Assembly: GCA_963816185.1 (NCBI GenBank)
Contig: CAWFJJ010000008.1
Coordinates: forward strand, 288,001-352,000
Direction: 5' to 3'
From: Thermoanaerobaculia bacterium
Lineage (GTDB): Bacteria > Acidobacteriota > Thermoanaerobaculia > UBA5066
DNA: 64,000 bases
Every line of letters starts with the position of its first letter. Position 1 is the first letter of the stretch. Below the pieces are notes generated by a model. The model saw nothing but the letters and a program-made list of their open reading frames with translations. It ran no database searches and was not told the DNA's origin. The translations under genes were made by a program, and so were the position numbers. Below are positions 38,784 to 47,920 of the stretch, one piece after another.

Positions 38784-41297
38784 CTACTTCAATCCTTCTA
38801 CCAGGAAGAGGTCCGACAGAATGCGGTGATAGCTGTAAGCGTATGACGAGACGTCGGGCGTGAGTACGACCGAGACGATCTCCACGACGCCCGCGGCGTC
38901 GGGCGGCATCAGCTCCTGCGAAGGGTGCTTCTCGCCCGTTCCGAGGTCGAGGCGGATCACGTGGGCGGGAAGCTCACCGCGCCGGTACGCGAAGAGAACC
39001 TTGCCGTCGGGGGAGAACCGGATCGGGCGGTCCTCGGCGACGAGGCCCGGAACGTACTCGGGATCTCCGCCTTCGATCGGGAATCCGTAGAAGAGCCCGT
39101 CCGGACCCTGCGCCGCCACGAGGCGCGCGTCGGGAGAGACGGGGAAAAAGCCCATCCCGATTCCCTCCGGCGTGATCGGTCGTGGCGGCTCGCCCGCGAC
39201 GCCCTGCACGAAGAGGCGAAGCCCCTCGCCGGGCACGTTCGCCGCCGCGAGAATCCGCTTGCCGTCCGGGAGCCACCACGCGCGGTGGACGCGCAGCTCG
39301 TTCTTGGGAAGCTCCCGGGGCTCGCCGGCCTTCGTCGGCAGGAGCGTGATCCGGCGCCCGTCGGGCGCCATGCTTTGTGACGCGACCCATCGGCCGTCCG
39401 GCGAGAAATTCCCGGCCCAGCCGTCGCCGAGGTGCACGGCGGGCGTGCCTTCCGTGCGGCGCACATAGACCGCGTGGCGAGCCCCGCCGCCTTCTCCGCT
39501 TTCGTCGAAGAGGATCAGCTTCCCGTCCGTCGAGATGTCGCGGACGAGCGACCAGTCGAGGAGAGAGAGGTCCCGGTCGCGGTCCGCGCCGGGCGGCCGC
39601 CCGATGATTCCGACCTTCCCGTTGTCGCTCGTCATGAGGATGCGGCCGTCGGCGGCTGCGTCCTGGATCGTCAGCTCGCCCGGCGTGCGGACCAGAAGAC
39701 GCTCTTTCCCCTCGAGAGTCACCGACCAGATCGAGCGCGCGACGCCGACGCGCGTCGCCGTGAACCAGATCTCCTTCCCGTCACCCGACCACACGAGTCC
39801 GTACGCGGTGATCCAGTCCTTCGCGAGCACGGTGCTCTTCCCGGAGCGGTCCACCACGACGACGGAGCCCTCGTCGTCGCCGAGCGTCGGGTGGTCGAGG
39901 AACGCGACGAGGTCTCCTTTCGGCGAGACGCGCGGATGGCTCAACCAGCCCCCGGTCTCGTAGAGAACCTTGCCGATCGGATATTCGAGCCGGGTCTTGC
40001 CCGCGACGGAACGCACGACGGCGAGGTGCGCTCCGTCGGGTCCCCAGTCGGCCCAGTGTACGTTTTCGAGAAGCTCGCGCGGCGCCCCGCCCGCCAGCGG
40101 CACCTGCGCGAGCGTGCCGCTCCAGATGAACCGGCCCGCCCAGCGGCGCTCGAGCGAGATCGCGAGCTGACCCGTCCGCGAAATGGCAAGGATCTCGGCG
40201 TCCGGCAGCATGAGCGGGCTCGACTCGGGGCTCTCGGGGCGCGTCGAGAAGAGCCGGCAAGGCTCGCCTTCCCAGGCCGCGCCGTAGATCACCGTACGCC
40301 CATCCGGGGCGAATCGCGCGGAGAGGATCGTGCCGCGCCGGAAGCTGAGGCGCTGGAACGTCGGGAGGTCCTCCTCCTTCGTCACGCCCCGGTCGGCCGC
40401 GGCGATCTCGCCGGACACGGCCTCCGACAGGTGGTCGCGGAGCGTGGCGAGGTCCCGCGCCAGATCGCGCGTCGAGGCATACCGTCCGTCCGCGTCCTTC
40501 GCGAGGCAGCGTTCCACGATCCAGCGCAGCGGCGCCGGCAAACGCGGGTTCAATTTCGCGATCGGCTCGGGCTCTTCGCGGATGACCGCCACGAGCGTCT
40601 CGGCCGCGCTGTCGCGCTGAAAGGCGCGTCGCCCCGTCGCCAGCTCGTAGAGGATCGTGCCCAGAGAGAACTGGTCCGAACGTAAGTCCGCCGGCTTGCC
40701 GCTCGCTTGCTCCGGCGACATATATCCGACCGTGCCCATGATCATGCCCGGAACCGTTCCGGACGCGGTCGCGGCAGCGGAGAGGTCGTGCGAGGGTTTC
40801 TCGGCCGCCTTCGCGAGGCCGAAGTCGAGGATCTTCACCCAGCCCTCGCGGGACACCATGACGTTCTCGGGCTTCAGGTCGCGGTGGACGATTCCGGCCG
40901 CATGCGCTTTCGCGAGACCCTCGGCAATCTGTACCCCGATCTCGAGGAGCTTCTTCACCGGCAGCGGCTCCGCCGGAAACGCGTGGCGTAGCGTTTCGCC
41001 CTCGACCAGCTCCATGACGAGGAGGTGGCGGCCGGAAACGCCGGCGGAACCGGGGATTTCTTCGAATGAATAGATGGCCGCGACGTTGGGATGATTCAGA
41101 GCCGCGAGCAGCTTCGCTTCTCGCTCGAAGCGCGCGACCCTCTCTTTGTTTTCGAAGAACTCTTCCGAAAGGACCTTGATTGCGACGTCTCTCGAGAGCC
41201 TCGTGTCTTTCGCCCGATAGACCTCTCCCATTCCCCCCGCGCCGAGCGGCGTGAGGATCTCGTACGGACCGAGCTTCGTGCCGGGGGCGAGCGTCAT
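38784..41297 (-). CDS. Hanks-type Ser/Thr kinase with C-terminal PD40/TolB-like beta-propeller and no evident TM
   Basis: GAGGMG, VAIK, HRDLKPEN, DFG and YMSPE; repeated SPDG/APDG blades. Confidence 0.92.
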   Translation of the reverse strand: MTLAPGTKLGPYEILTPLGAGGMGEVYRAKDTRLSRDVAIKVLSEEFFENKERVARFEREAKLLAALNHPNVAAIYSFEEIPGSAGVSGRHLLVMELVEGETLRHAFPAEPLPVKKLLEIGVQIAEGLAKAHAAGIVHRDLKPENVMVSREGWVKILDFGLAKAAEKPSHDLSAAATASGTVPGMIMGTVGYMSPEQASGKPADLRSDQFSLGTILYELATGRRAFQRDSAAETLVAVIREEPEPIAKLNPRLPAPLRWIVERCLAKDADGRYASTRDLARDLATLRDHLSEAVSGEIAAADRGVTKEEDLPTFQRLSFRRGTILSARFAPDGRTVIYGAAWEGEPCRLFSTRPESPESSPLMLPDAEILAISRTGQLAISLERRWAGRFIWSGTLAQVPLAGGAPRELLENVHWADWGPDGAHLAVVRSVAGKTRLEYPIGKVLYETGGWLSHPRVSPKGDLVAFLDHPTLGDDEGSVVVVDRSGKSTVLAKDWITAYGLVWSGDGKEIWFTATRVGVARSIWSVTLEGKERLLVRTPGELTIQDAAADGRILMTSDNGKVGIIGRPPGADRDRDLSLLDWSLVRDISTDGKLILFDESGEGGGARHAVYVRRTEGTPAVHLGDGWAGNFSPDGRWVASQSMAPDGRRITLLPTKAGEPRELPKNELRVHRAWWLPDGKRILAAANVPGEGLRLFVQGVAGEPPRPITPEGIGMGFFPVSPDARLVAAQGPDGLFYGFPIEGGDPEYVPGLVAEDRPIRFSPDGKVLFAYRRGELPAHVIRLDLGTGEKHPSQELMPPDAAGVVEIVSVVLTPDVSSYAYSYHRILSDLFLVEGLK

Positions 41298-43939
41298 TTC
41301 GATTCCGGTGTCCAGCCGACGACGACCGTGATCGGTACCCCAGCGTCTGAGGTCCTCCGCGAGTTCACGATGAAGCGCTTCCCGTCGGGCGTCACGTCGT
41401 AATGGTTGCGAGCCTCGATCAGGGGCAGGATGCGCGTCTGAAAGAGCGCGCGGGGGGGGTCCGACTCGAGCCGCGGATGAGTCCGGATGTCCACGGCCAT
41501 GATCTTGCGATCCGGGGCGACGTAGTAGAGCTCCCTCCCATCCGACCGCCAGCGGGCCTGGGTGCCTCCCCGGGTGGAGATCTGCCGGCGCTCGGCAGCG
41601 TCCGGGAAGCTCCGGATGAAAATCTCGCGCGCGCCCGACTCGTCCGACTCGTGGGCCAGCCACCGGCCGTCGGGAGAGAGGCGTGCCCCCAGCTGGCTGA
41701 ACGTGTCTTGCAGGACGGGCCTGTTCGTCCCGGTCTGCAGGTCGCGCACCCATACGTCCATGTGGAAGGTCGGCCAGTCGACGACTTCGTAGAAGAGCAG
41801 CCGGCCATCCCGGGACCAGTCGTCGAGCGGAGCGAAGGTCGGCGTCTTGAAGAGGATCTTCTCGCTCTCCACTCCCTGGACGTCGCGTACGTAGACCTCG
41901 CCCGTCGGGAAGGCGCTGTAGGCGACCCTCTGTCCGTCCGGGCTCCACAGAGGCGTCGATGCGACCACTGCCTGGGATGAGACCCGGGTGAGGCTTCCGC
42001 GTTCGAGATCCATCTTCCAGATACTCGACGCCATGGCCTCCGTATCCATGCGAGGCACTGCAAGGGATTGCCCGTCCGGAGACAGGGTCGGCTCCCAGTA
42101 GGAGCCGTCCGGGCCGATCGATCCCAGCTCGCGGCCCGATCGGTCGTACCAGAGCAGGCGGCTCGCGACCGGGCCGCCGGTCTGACAGACGAGGATGCCC
42201 GTGTTCGAGGCGGACACCGCCGTCGCCATGGTCGAATAGCCCTCCCACCGGATGTTCTCGACGACGGGGACGGGCTCACCGGCGAGCAGACGCCGTTTCG
42301 CGTCGAACCGCTGCGCGACCAGTCGGTCGCCGCGCCGGTACAGGAGATAGCCCGGCGCGGCATAGATCGCGCCGCCGTCGGCCGCGGCGATACGCGTCGT
42401 CTCTTTGGACTCGAGCGACGTGACGTGGAGGCCCTGGACGTCGGCACCTCCCGCGAACACGAAATAGAGAAAATGAATACCGTCCGGGAGGAAGAACGGC
42501 CAGCGATAGGAGGCACCCGGCCGTAGCTGCGGGAGCGAAGCCGCCTGGCCGCCACCCTCGGCCACGCGCTCCACTGCGCCGCCGGCATTGATTGCGGCGA
42601 GGATGACGCCGTGGGAGCCCCACGATCCGCCGCGCGGCTCCGGCGCGTCGCAAAGCGTGACCGGGGTGCCCGTGGTCACGTCGATCCGCTTCAGTTTCGA
42701 CTGAGCGAAGAAACCGATCGACCGGCTGTCGGGGGACCAGAACGGAAGCGCCGCGCCTTCGGTCCCGGGGAGCACGCGCGATTCGAGCGAATCGAGAGGC
42801 CGAAGATAGAGAAGGTCGTTGCCGTCGGCGCCGGTCGCGACGAAGGTGAGCATCCGTCCGTCGGGAGAAACGGCGGGCATCGCCTGAAAACCCGCGCCCG
42901 AGGGTGGAGGGATCGTGAGGCGGAGTCTGGGCGAAGGCGCATGGAGCGAGCTCCCCCGAGGGATGAGGAGCGAGCCGAGGAGAAGCGCGAGGAACACACC
43001 TGCCGCGATCCAACCCACACGACTCCAGCGCCGTGAAAGCGCGATCGGCGTTTTCCGGTCGGAGATGGAGGAGGCTTCCGCGAGCTCGAGCGCGACGTCG
43101 CGGGCGTTTTGCACGCGGCGCTCGGGGTCCTTGGTCAGGCAGCGGCGCACGAGGCGATCGAGCGCCGGCGGGGTCGTCGGCCGGAGGGAGGAGACAGGAG
43201 GCGGATCGCTTTGCATGATGGCGGAGATCAGCGATGCCTGACTCGCGGCCGAGAACGCCTTCTTTCCCGTCGCCATTTCGTAGAGCACGCACCCGAGCGC
43301 AAAGATGTCCGTCCGGGCGTCGGCGGCCTTGCCTTCCAGCTGCTCGGGAGCCATGTACTGTGGCGTGCCCAGGATCGTCCCGAGTCCCGTGACCGCGTCT
43401 TTCGTCGGGAGCGCCGTCATCACGGCCGGCGAGGAGCCCAGGGAGCCGAGAGGCTTGGCGAGGCCGAAGTCGAGCAGCTTCACGCCGGACTTCGTCAGCA
43501 TCACGTTGCCGGGCTTCAGATCTCGATGGACGATTCCCTGCCGGTGTGCGCAGTCCAGGGCGTCGGCGATTTCCGCCCCGAAGCGCAGCGTCTGCTCGAG
43601 CAGCAGAGGTCCTTTCGCGAGCCGGTCCGCCAATGTCTCTCCCTCCAGGTACTCCATGACGAGCAAATGCCGCCCGGAGGAACCGGGGGAACCGGGGATT
43701 TCTTCGAACGAGTAGAGATGCGCGATGCCCGAATGGTTGAGGCTCGCGAGGATGCGGGCCTCGCGCTCGAATCGCGCGATGCTCTCCCCGTTCTCGAATA
43801 ATTCCTCCGGCAGGACCTTCAGGGCGACGACCCGCTCGAGGCGTGCATCCTTCGCCTTGTACACCTCGCCCATCCCGCCCGCGCCAAGGGCAGAAAGCAC
43901 CTCATAGGGCCCTAGTCGCGATCCCGCTGCGATGACCAG
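41294..43939 (-). CDS. Hanks-type Ser/Thr kinase with TM and PD40/TolB-like beta-propeller
   Basis: GAGGMG, HRDLKPGN, DFG and YMAPE; TM WIAAGVFLALLLGSLLI; SPDG blades; start uncertain (CTG 43939 or GTG 43900). Confidence 0.92.
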   Translation of the reverse strand: MVIAAGSRLGPYEVLSALGAGGMGEVYKAKDARLERVVALKVLPEELFENGESIARFEREARILASLNHSGIAHLYSFEEIPGSPGSSGRHLLVMEYLEGETLADRLAKGPLLLEQTLRFGAEIADALDCAHRQGIVHRDLKPGNVMLTKSGVKLLDFGLAKPLGSLGSSPAVMTALPTKDAVTGLGTILGTPQYMAPEQLEGKAADARTDIFALGCVLYEMATGKKAFSAASQASLISAIMQSDPPPVSSLRPTTPPALDRLVRRCLTKDPERRVQNARDVALELAEASSISDRKTPIALSRRWSRVGWIAAGVFLALLLGSLLIPRGSSLHAPSPRLRLTIPPPSGAGFQAMPAVSPDGRMLTFVATGADGNDLLYLRPLDSLESRVLPGTEGAALPFWSPDSRSIGFFAQSKLKRIDVTTGTPVTLCDAPEPRGGSWGSHGVILAAINAGGAVERVAEGGGQAASLPQLRPGASYRWPFFLPDGIHFLYFVFAGGADVQGLHVTSLESKETTRIAAADGGAIYAAPGYLLYRRGDRLVAQRFDAKRRLLAGEPVPVVENIRWEGYSTMATAVSASNTGILVCQTGGPVASRLLWYDRSGRELGSIGPDGSYWEPTLSPDGQSLAVPRMDTEAMASSIWKMDLERGSLTRVSSQAVVASTPLWSPDGQRVAYSAFPTGEVYVRDVQGVESEKILFKTPTFAPLDDWSRDGRLLFYEVVDWPTFHMDVWVRDLQTGTNRPVLQDTFSQLGARLSPDGRWLAHESDESGAREIFIRSFPDAAERRQISTRGGTQARWRSDGRELYYVAPDRKIMAVDIRTHPRLESDPPRALFQTRILPLIEARNHYDVTPDGKRFIVNSRRTSDAGVPITVVVGWTPESK

Positions 43940-44025
43940 AGCGCGAAGTCTAGCGCCCGAGACGGGTGCGGCGTGAACGGCAGGCTTAGAATCTTCGCTT
44001 GAGGTTTCGGTCGGGAGGAGCCGGC

Positions 44026-45510
44026 ATGACGGAAGGCCAGGAGCCCGAGGACTCCTCGAGTGCCGGCATTCCGCTCTGTGTCGATCTCGACGGGACGCTG
44101 ATCAGGACGGATCTCCTTTACGAGGCGCTCGCGCGGCTTTCGAAGGGAGGGCTCGTCCCCTTGATCCAGGCCCCTTTCTGGCTCTCGAAGGGGAGGGCGG
44201 GCTTCAAGAGAGAGGTTGCGAGCCGCGTGGAGCTCGAGCCTTCCTCGCTTCCTTACGACGAGCGCCTGATCGAGTTCCTGCGTGGCGAGAAAGGCCGCGG
44301 CCGCCGCCTCATCCTCGTGACGGCATCCGACCTCCGCTGGGCCGAGCAGGTGGCGGCGCACCTCGAGCTCTTCGACGAGGTGATGGGAAGCGACGGTTCG
44401 ACGAACCTCGAGGGCGAGACGAAAGCGCACGCGCTCGTGGAGCGCTTCGGCGACCAGGGATTCGACTACGCGGGAAACGGGCCCGCGGACCTTCCCGTAT
44501 GGAAGAGGGCGCGCCGCGCCATCGCGGTGAACACGCCGCCGGCGATCGAGAACGGCCTCAGGCAGGATGGAAATCTGGCGGAGTCGTTCCCGTCCGTCCC
44601 CCTGACTCCGAAGACCCTCGTCGGGGCGATCCGGATTCGCCAGTGGGTGAAGAATCTTCTCGTCTTCGTCCCGATCATCACCGCCCACAAGCTTCAGGAC
44701 CCAGGCGTCCTCGCGGCGGGCGCCGTCGCCTTCGCGGCCATCTCGATCTGCGCGTCGGGCATCTACCTGATCAACGATCTCCTGGACCTGGATTCCGACC
44801 GGAAGCACCCGAAGAAGAGGGACCGGGCGATCGCGAGCGGCAGCCTTCCGATCCCGTACGCCGTCCTCCTGTCGCTGGTCCTGATCGCGGCGGGTCTCGC
44901 GATCTCGCTGCGGCTGCCTGCCGACGCGGTGAAGCTCATCGTCGTCTACCTCTTCGCGACGACCGCTTACTCGCTGTCTCTGAAGCGGCGGGTGCTCCTC
45001 GACGTTTTTACGTTGTCGTTCCTCTACACCCTCCGCGTCCTGCTCGGGGGCGCCGCCACGGGTCTTCTTCTCTCTCCGTGGTTTCTCGCGTTCGCGGTCT
45101 TCACGTTCCTGAGCCTCGCGTTCTGCAAGAGGGCCGCCGAGATCGTACGGCTGAAGAGGTCCGAGGCGAACGAGGCTCACGGGCGCGCGTACTTCACGTG
45201 GGATCACCTCGTCGTGCAGACGAGCGGGATCACGAGCGCCTACCTGGCCGCGATCGTCCTCGCGCTCTACCTGCAGAGCGACACCGTGAGGCGCTTCTAC
45301 GCGAGCCCGGCATGGCTCTGGCTCCTCGTCCCCGCGTTCCTCTACTGGATCAGCAGGATCTGGGTGCTCGTCAACCGGGGCGAGATGGACGAGGATCCGG
45401 TGCTCTTCGCGACCCGCGACCGCGTCACGTATCTGACCGCCCTTCTCAGCGCGGCCGTGCTCATCCTCGCCACGTACGGGCCCTTCAACCTTCCAGGGGT
45501 CCAGCCTTGA
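44026..45510 (+). CDS. UbiA-family prenyltransferase with N-terminal HAD-like domain
   Basis: VDLDGTL; QWVKNLL, NDLLDLDSDRKHPKK and DEDPVLFA; about 9 TM segments. Confidence 0.9.
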   Translation: MTEGQEPEDSSSAGIPLCVDLDGTLIRTDLLYEALARLSKGGLVPLIQAPFWLSKGRAGFKREVASRVELEPSSLPYDERLIEFLRGEKGRGRRLILVTASDLRWAEQVAAHLELFDEVMGSDGSTNLEGETKAHALVERFGDQGFDYAGNGPADLPVWKRARRAIAVNTPPAIENGLRQDGNLAESFPSVPLTPKTLVGAIRIRQWVKNLLVFVPIITAHKLQDPGVLAAGAVAFAAISICASGIYLINDLLDLDSDRKHPKKRDRAIASGSLPIPYAVLLSLVLIAAGLAISLRLPADAVKLIVVYLFATTAYSLSLKRRVLLDVFTLSFLYTLRVLLGGAATGLLLSPWFLAFAVFTFLSLAFCKRAAEIVRLKRSEANEAHGRAYFTWDHLVVQTSGITSAYLAAIVLALYLQSDTVRRFYASPAWLWLLVPAFLYWISRIWVLVNRGEMDEDPVLFATRDRVTYLTALLSAAVLILATYGPFNLPGVQP

Positions 45511-45521
45511 AGCCGCTCGCC

Positions 45522-45553
45522 GGGGGGCGCTATTCGCCGCCCCCCTTTCCCCC
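45522..45553 (-). repeat. G-run/G-run/hairpin/C-run element, copy 3
   Basis: Minus strand GGGGG-AAA-GGGGGG-CGGCGAATAGCG-CCCCCC. Confidence 0.6.
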
Positions 45554-45590
45554 TGTCGAATCACGCTTGTAGACCCCCCAGAGGCGTGAG

Positions 45591-46277
45591 GTGCAAGTGA
45601 AGCCCCTCTTCTTCTTTGATCTCGACGACACGCTCGTCGACCATCACGCCGCGGAGGAGGACGCTCACCGCGAGACGCATGCGTCCCACACGTCGCTCTT
45701 TTCGGGCGTCGCGTTCGACGACTGGCTCGCCGCGTATCGCCGAAACAACCTGCGGCTCTGGCACGAGTACGGGAAGGGCGAGATCGACCGGCCGACTCTC
45801 GCCGCGCGGCGCTTCGCGCTGCCGCTCGCCGATCTCGGCCTCGACGTCGCGGGAGGCGCCGCCGTGAGCGCCTTCTACATCGGCGCATACAGCCGCAACT
45901 GGCGGCTGATCGAGGGCGCCGAAGACGTGCTCTCGCACGCCGCGGAGCTGGGCGTCGTGGGCATCCTCTCGAACGGCTTCCGCCAGACGCAGCGGGCGAA
46001 GATCGCGCGCTTCGGTCTCGACCGCTGGGCGCGACATGTGATCCTGTCGGAGGACGTCGGAGCCATGAAGCCGTCGCGGGCGATCTTCGACGCCGCCTGG
46101 CAGGCCGCGGGTGGCGAGACGCGGCGCCGGGTGTACGTGGGGGATTCCTTCGCGACGGACGTCGTGGGAGCGAAGGAGGCGGGCTGGTTCCCGATCTTCT
46201 TCGACCGCCACGGCAAAGGGGCGCCCGAGCCCGTGGTCTTCGTCACGCGGCTCGCCGACCTCAAGCCGCTTTTCTAG
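45591..46277 (+). CDS. HAD-superfamily hydrolase (YjjG-like nucleotidase)
   Basis: FDLDDTL, LSNG, MKPS and YVGDSFATDVVGA. Confidence 0.9.
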   Translation: MQVKPLFFFDLDDTLVDHHAAEEDAHRETHASHTSLFSGVAFDDWLAAYRRNNLRLWHEYGKGEIDRPTLAARRFALPLADLGLDVAGGAAVSAFYIGAYSRNWRLIEGAEDVLSHAAELGVVGILSNGFRQTQRAKIARFGLDRWARHVILSEDVGAMKPSRAIFDAAWQAAGGETRRRVYVGDSFATDVVGAKEAGWFPIFFDRHGKGAPEPVVFVTRLADLKPLF

Positions 46278-46289
46278 AACGCGCCCGCT

Positions 46290-47798
46290 CTAGCGGCTGC
46301 TCTTGCCAGGGCCCGAGGGCGGCGTCATCGCGGAAGGAAGCGTCTTCTTCATCGCGGCGAGCACGGGCTCGTTGCCCGCGGGCGGCTGGAAGCCGTGGTG
46401 CGTGAGGATGTGCCAGAGCCGCCCGACGACGGCCTCGGACTGCAGCGGCTTGGCCATGACGTCGGTCGCACCCGTCTGGATCGCGAACGCAAAGTGGCTG
46501 CGGTCGAGGCGCGACGAGGTCAGGACGACGGGCAGCGCGATCGTAGCGGGCTGGGCCTTGATGACGCGCGTGACGTCGAATCCGTCCATCCCGGGAAGGG
46601 AGATGTCCATGAGGACGAGGTCGACGGTGTCCTTGAGCAGCCGCCCGAGCGCTTCGGGGCCGTCCTTGGCCTCGAGCGTGCGGCAGCCGTGACGACCGAG
46701 CACGTCGGCGAGGCGCTTGCGCTCTTTCGCGTCGCCTTCGACGAGAAGGATGACGGGGGGGCGGTTCTTCGCCTCGACGGGCGTCGCGCCCGATGTGGCG
46801 CGGAGCGCGGACGTCGGCATGACGGGCGTCGGAATCGAAACGAGCTCGGGATGCGTTCCCCGGCTCGCGGGCGTCTCGATCGGCATCCCCGGAGCGCTGG
46901 GAAAGGAAACGGCCGGAATGGACGGGTGCGGCGCCGACACCATCGAGGCGGTACCGGATAGCGGACGAAGCATCGCGAGCTCGGCTTCGAGATCGGCCGC
47001 GGAAGCGAACCGGGCGGACGGCTCCTTCGCGAGCGCCTTGTAGGTGATCTCGATGAGCTCGGGCGCGATGTCCGTCGCCTTGCGCAGGTCGTCCGGCGGC
47101 GGCTCCGAGACGTGCTTCATCGCGATCACGAGTGGCGACTCGCCGTCGTAAGGGACCTTTCCCGTCAGGATCTCGTAGGCCATGACGCCGATGGAGTAGA
47201 CGTCGCTGCGCGCGTCCGTCGGACGCCCGAGAGCCTGCTCGGGAGACATGTAGTGGGGCGTCCCCACCATCACGCTGTCGAGCGTGAGCTGCTCGGTCGT
47301 CTTCCCCCGCGCGAGGCCGAAGTCGAGAATGGCGACCGCGCCGCTGTCCTCGACCATGACGTTCTGCGACTTGAGATCCCGATGGATGATGCCGAGCTTG
47401 TGCGCGGCTTCGGTCCCGAGGGCGATCTGCCGGAGGATCGAGATCGCGCGCGCCTGCGGCAGCCTTCCCTCGAGCTGGATGATCGTCCGGAGATCCTTGC
47501 CCGGGACGTACTCCATCGTGATGTAAGGGAAATCGCCGCTCATTCCGAAATCGTGGATGCGCGCCACGTTCGGGTGTTTGATCTTCCGGTTGAGGTTGAT
47601 CTCGCGCTTGAAGCGCTGGAGGAGCTGCTGGTCGTCGCTCTCCCAGTCCGGAGACAGGACCTTGATGGCGACGACGTCGTCCAGATCCAGATCCTGCGCT
47701 TTGAAGACGATCCCCATGCCGCCGCGCCCGACGGTTTCCTGCCATCGGTAGCGCGTCAGTCCCTCGAAGAAGCGTTGGCGGAGTCGTTCCAGGTTCAT
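46290..47798 (-). CDS. Ser/Thr kinase with C-terminal response-regulator receiver domain
   Basis: GRGGMG, HRDLKSQN, DFG and YMSPE; Pro-rich linker; DLVLMDISLPGMDG...AKP. Confidence 0.9.
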   Translation of the reverse strand: MNLERLRQRFFEGLTRYRWQETVGRGGMGIVFKAQDLDLDDVVAIKVLSPDWESDDQQLLQRFKREINLNRKIKHPNVARIHDFGMSGDFPYITMEYVPGKDLRTIIQLEGRLPQARAISILRQIALGTEAAHKLGIIHRDLKSQNVMVEDSGAVAILDFGLARGKTTEQLTLDSVMVGTPHYMSPEQALGRPTDARSDVYSIGVMAYEILTGKVPYDGESPLVIAMKHVSEPPPDDLRKATDIAPELIEITYKALAKEPSARFASAADLEAELAMLRPLSGTASMVSAPHPSIPAVSFPSAPGMPIETPASRGTHPELVSIPTPVMPTSALRATSGATPVEAKNRPPVILLVEGDAKERKRLADVLGRHGCRTLEAKDGPEALGRLLKDTVDLVLMDISLPGMDGFDVTRVIKAQPATIALPVVLTSSRLDRSHFAFAIQTGATDVMAKPLQSEAVVGRLWHILTHHGFQPPAGNEPVLAAMKKTLPSAMTPPSGPGKSSR

Positions 47799-47920
47799 GC
47801 GTTCGCGCCCGAAAGGCGGTCTGGTGCGTAGGGTACAACGTCGAGCGCCGCTTCGCGTGACCCCCGGTAATCCTTCATCTCGGCGACTGCGTCTGATTCT
47901 CAGCCCTGGAGGCCCCGACG

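Noticed and set aside
38784-42248. 1154-aa kinase with a long N-terminal extension
   Set aside because: The extension is an off-frame reading of the upstream kinase; the real start is MTLAPGTKLGPY at 41297
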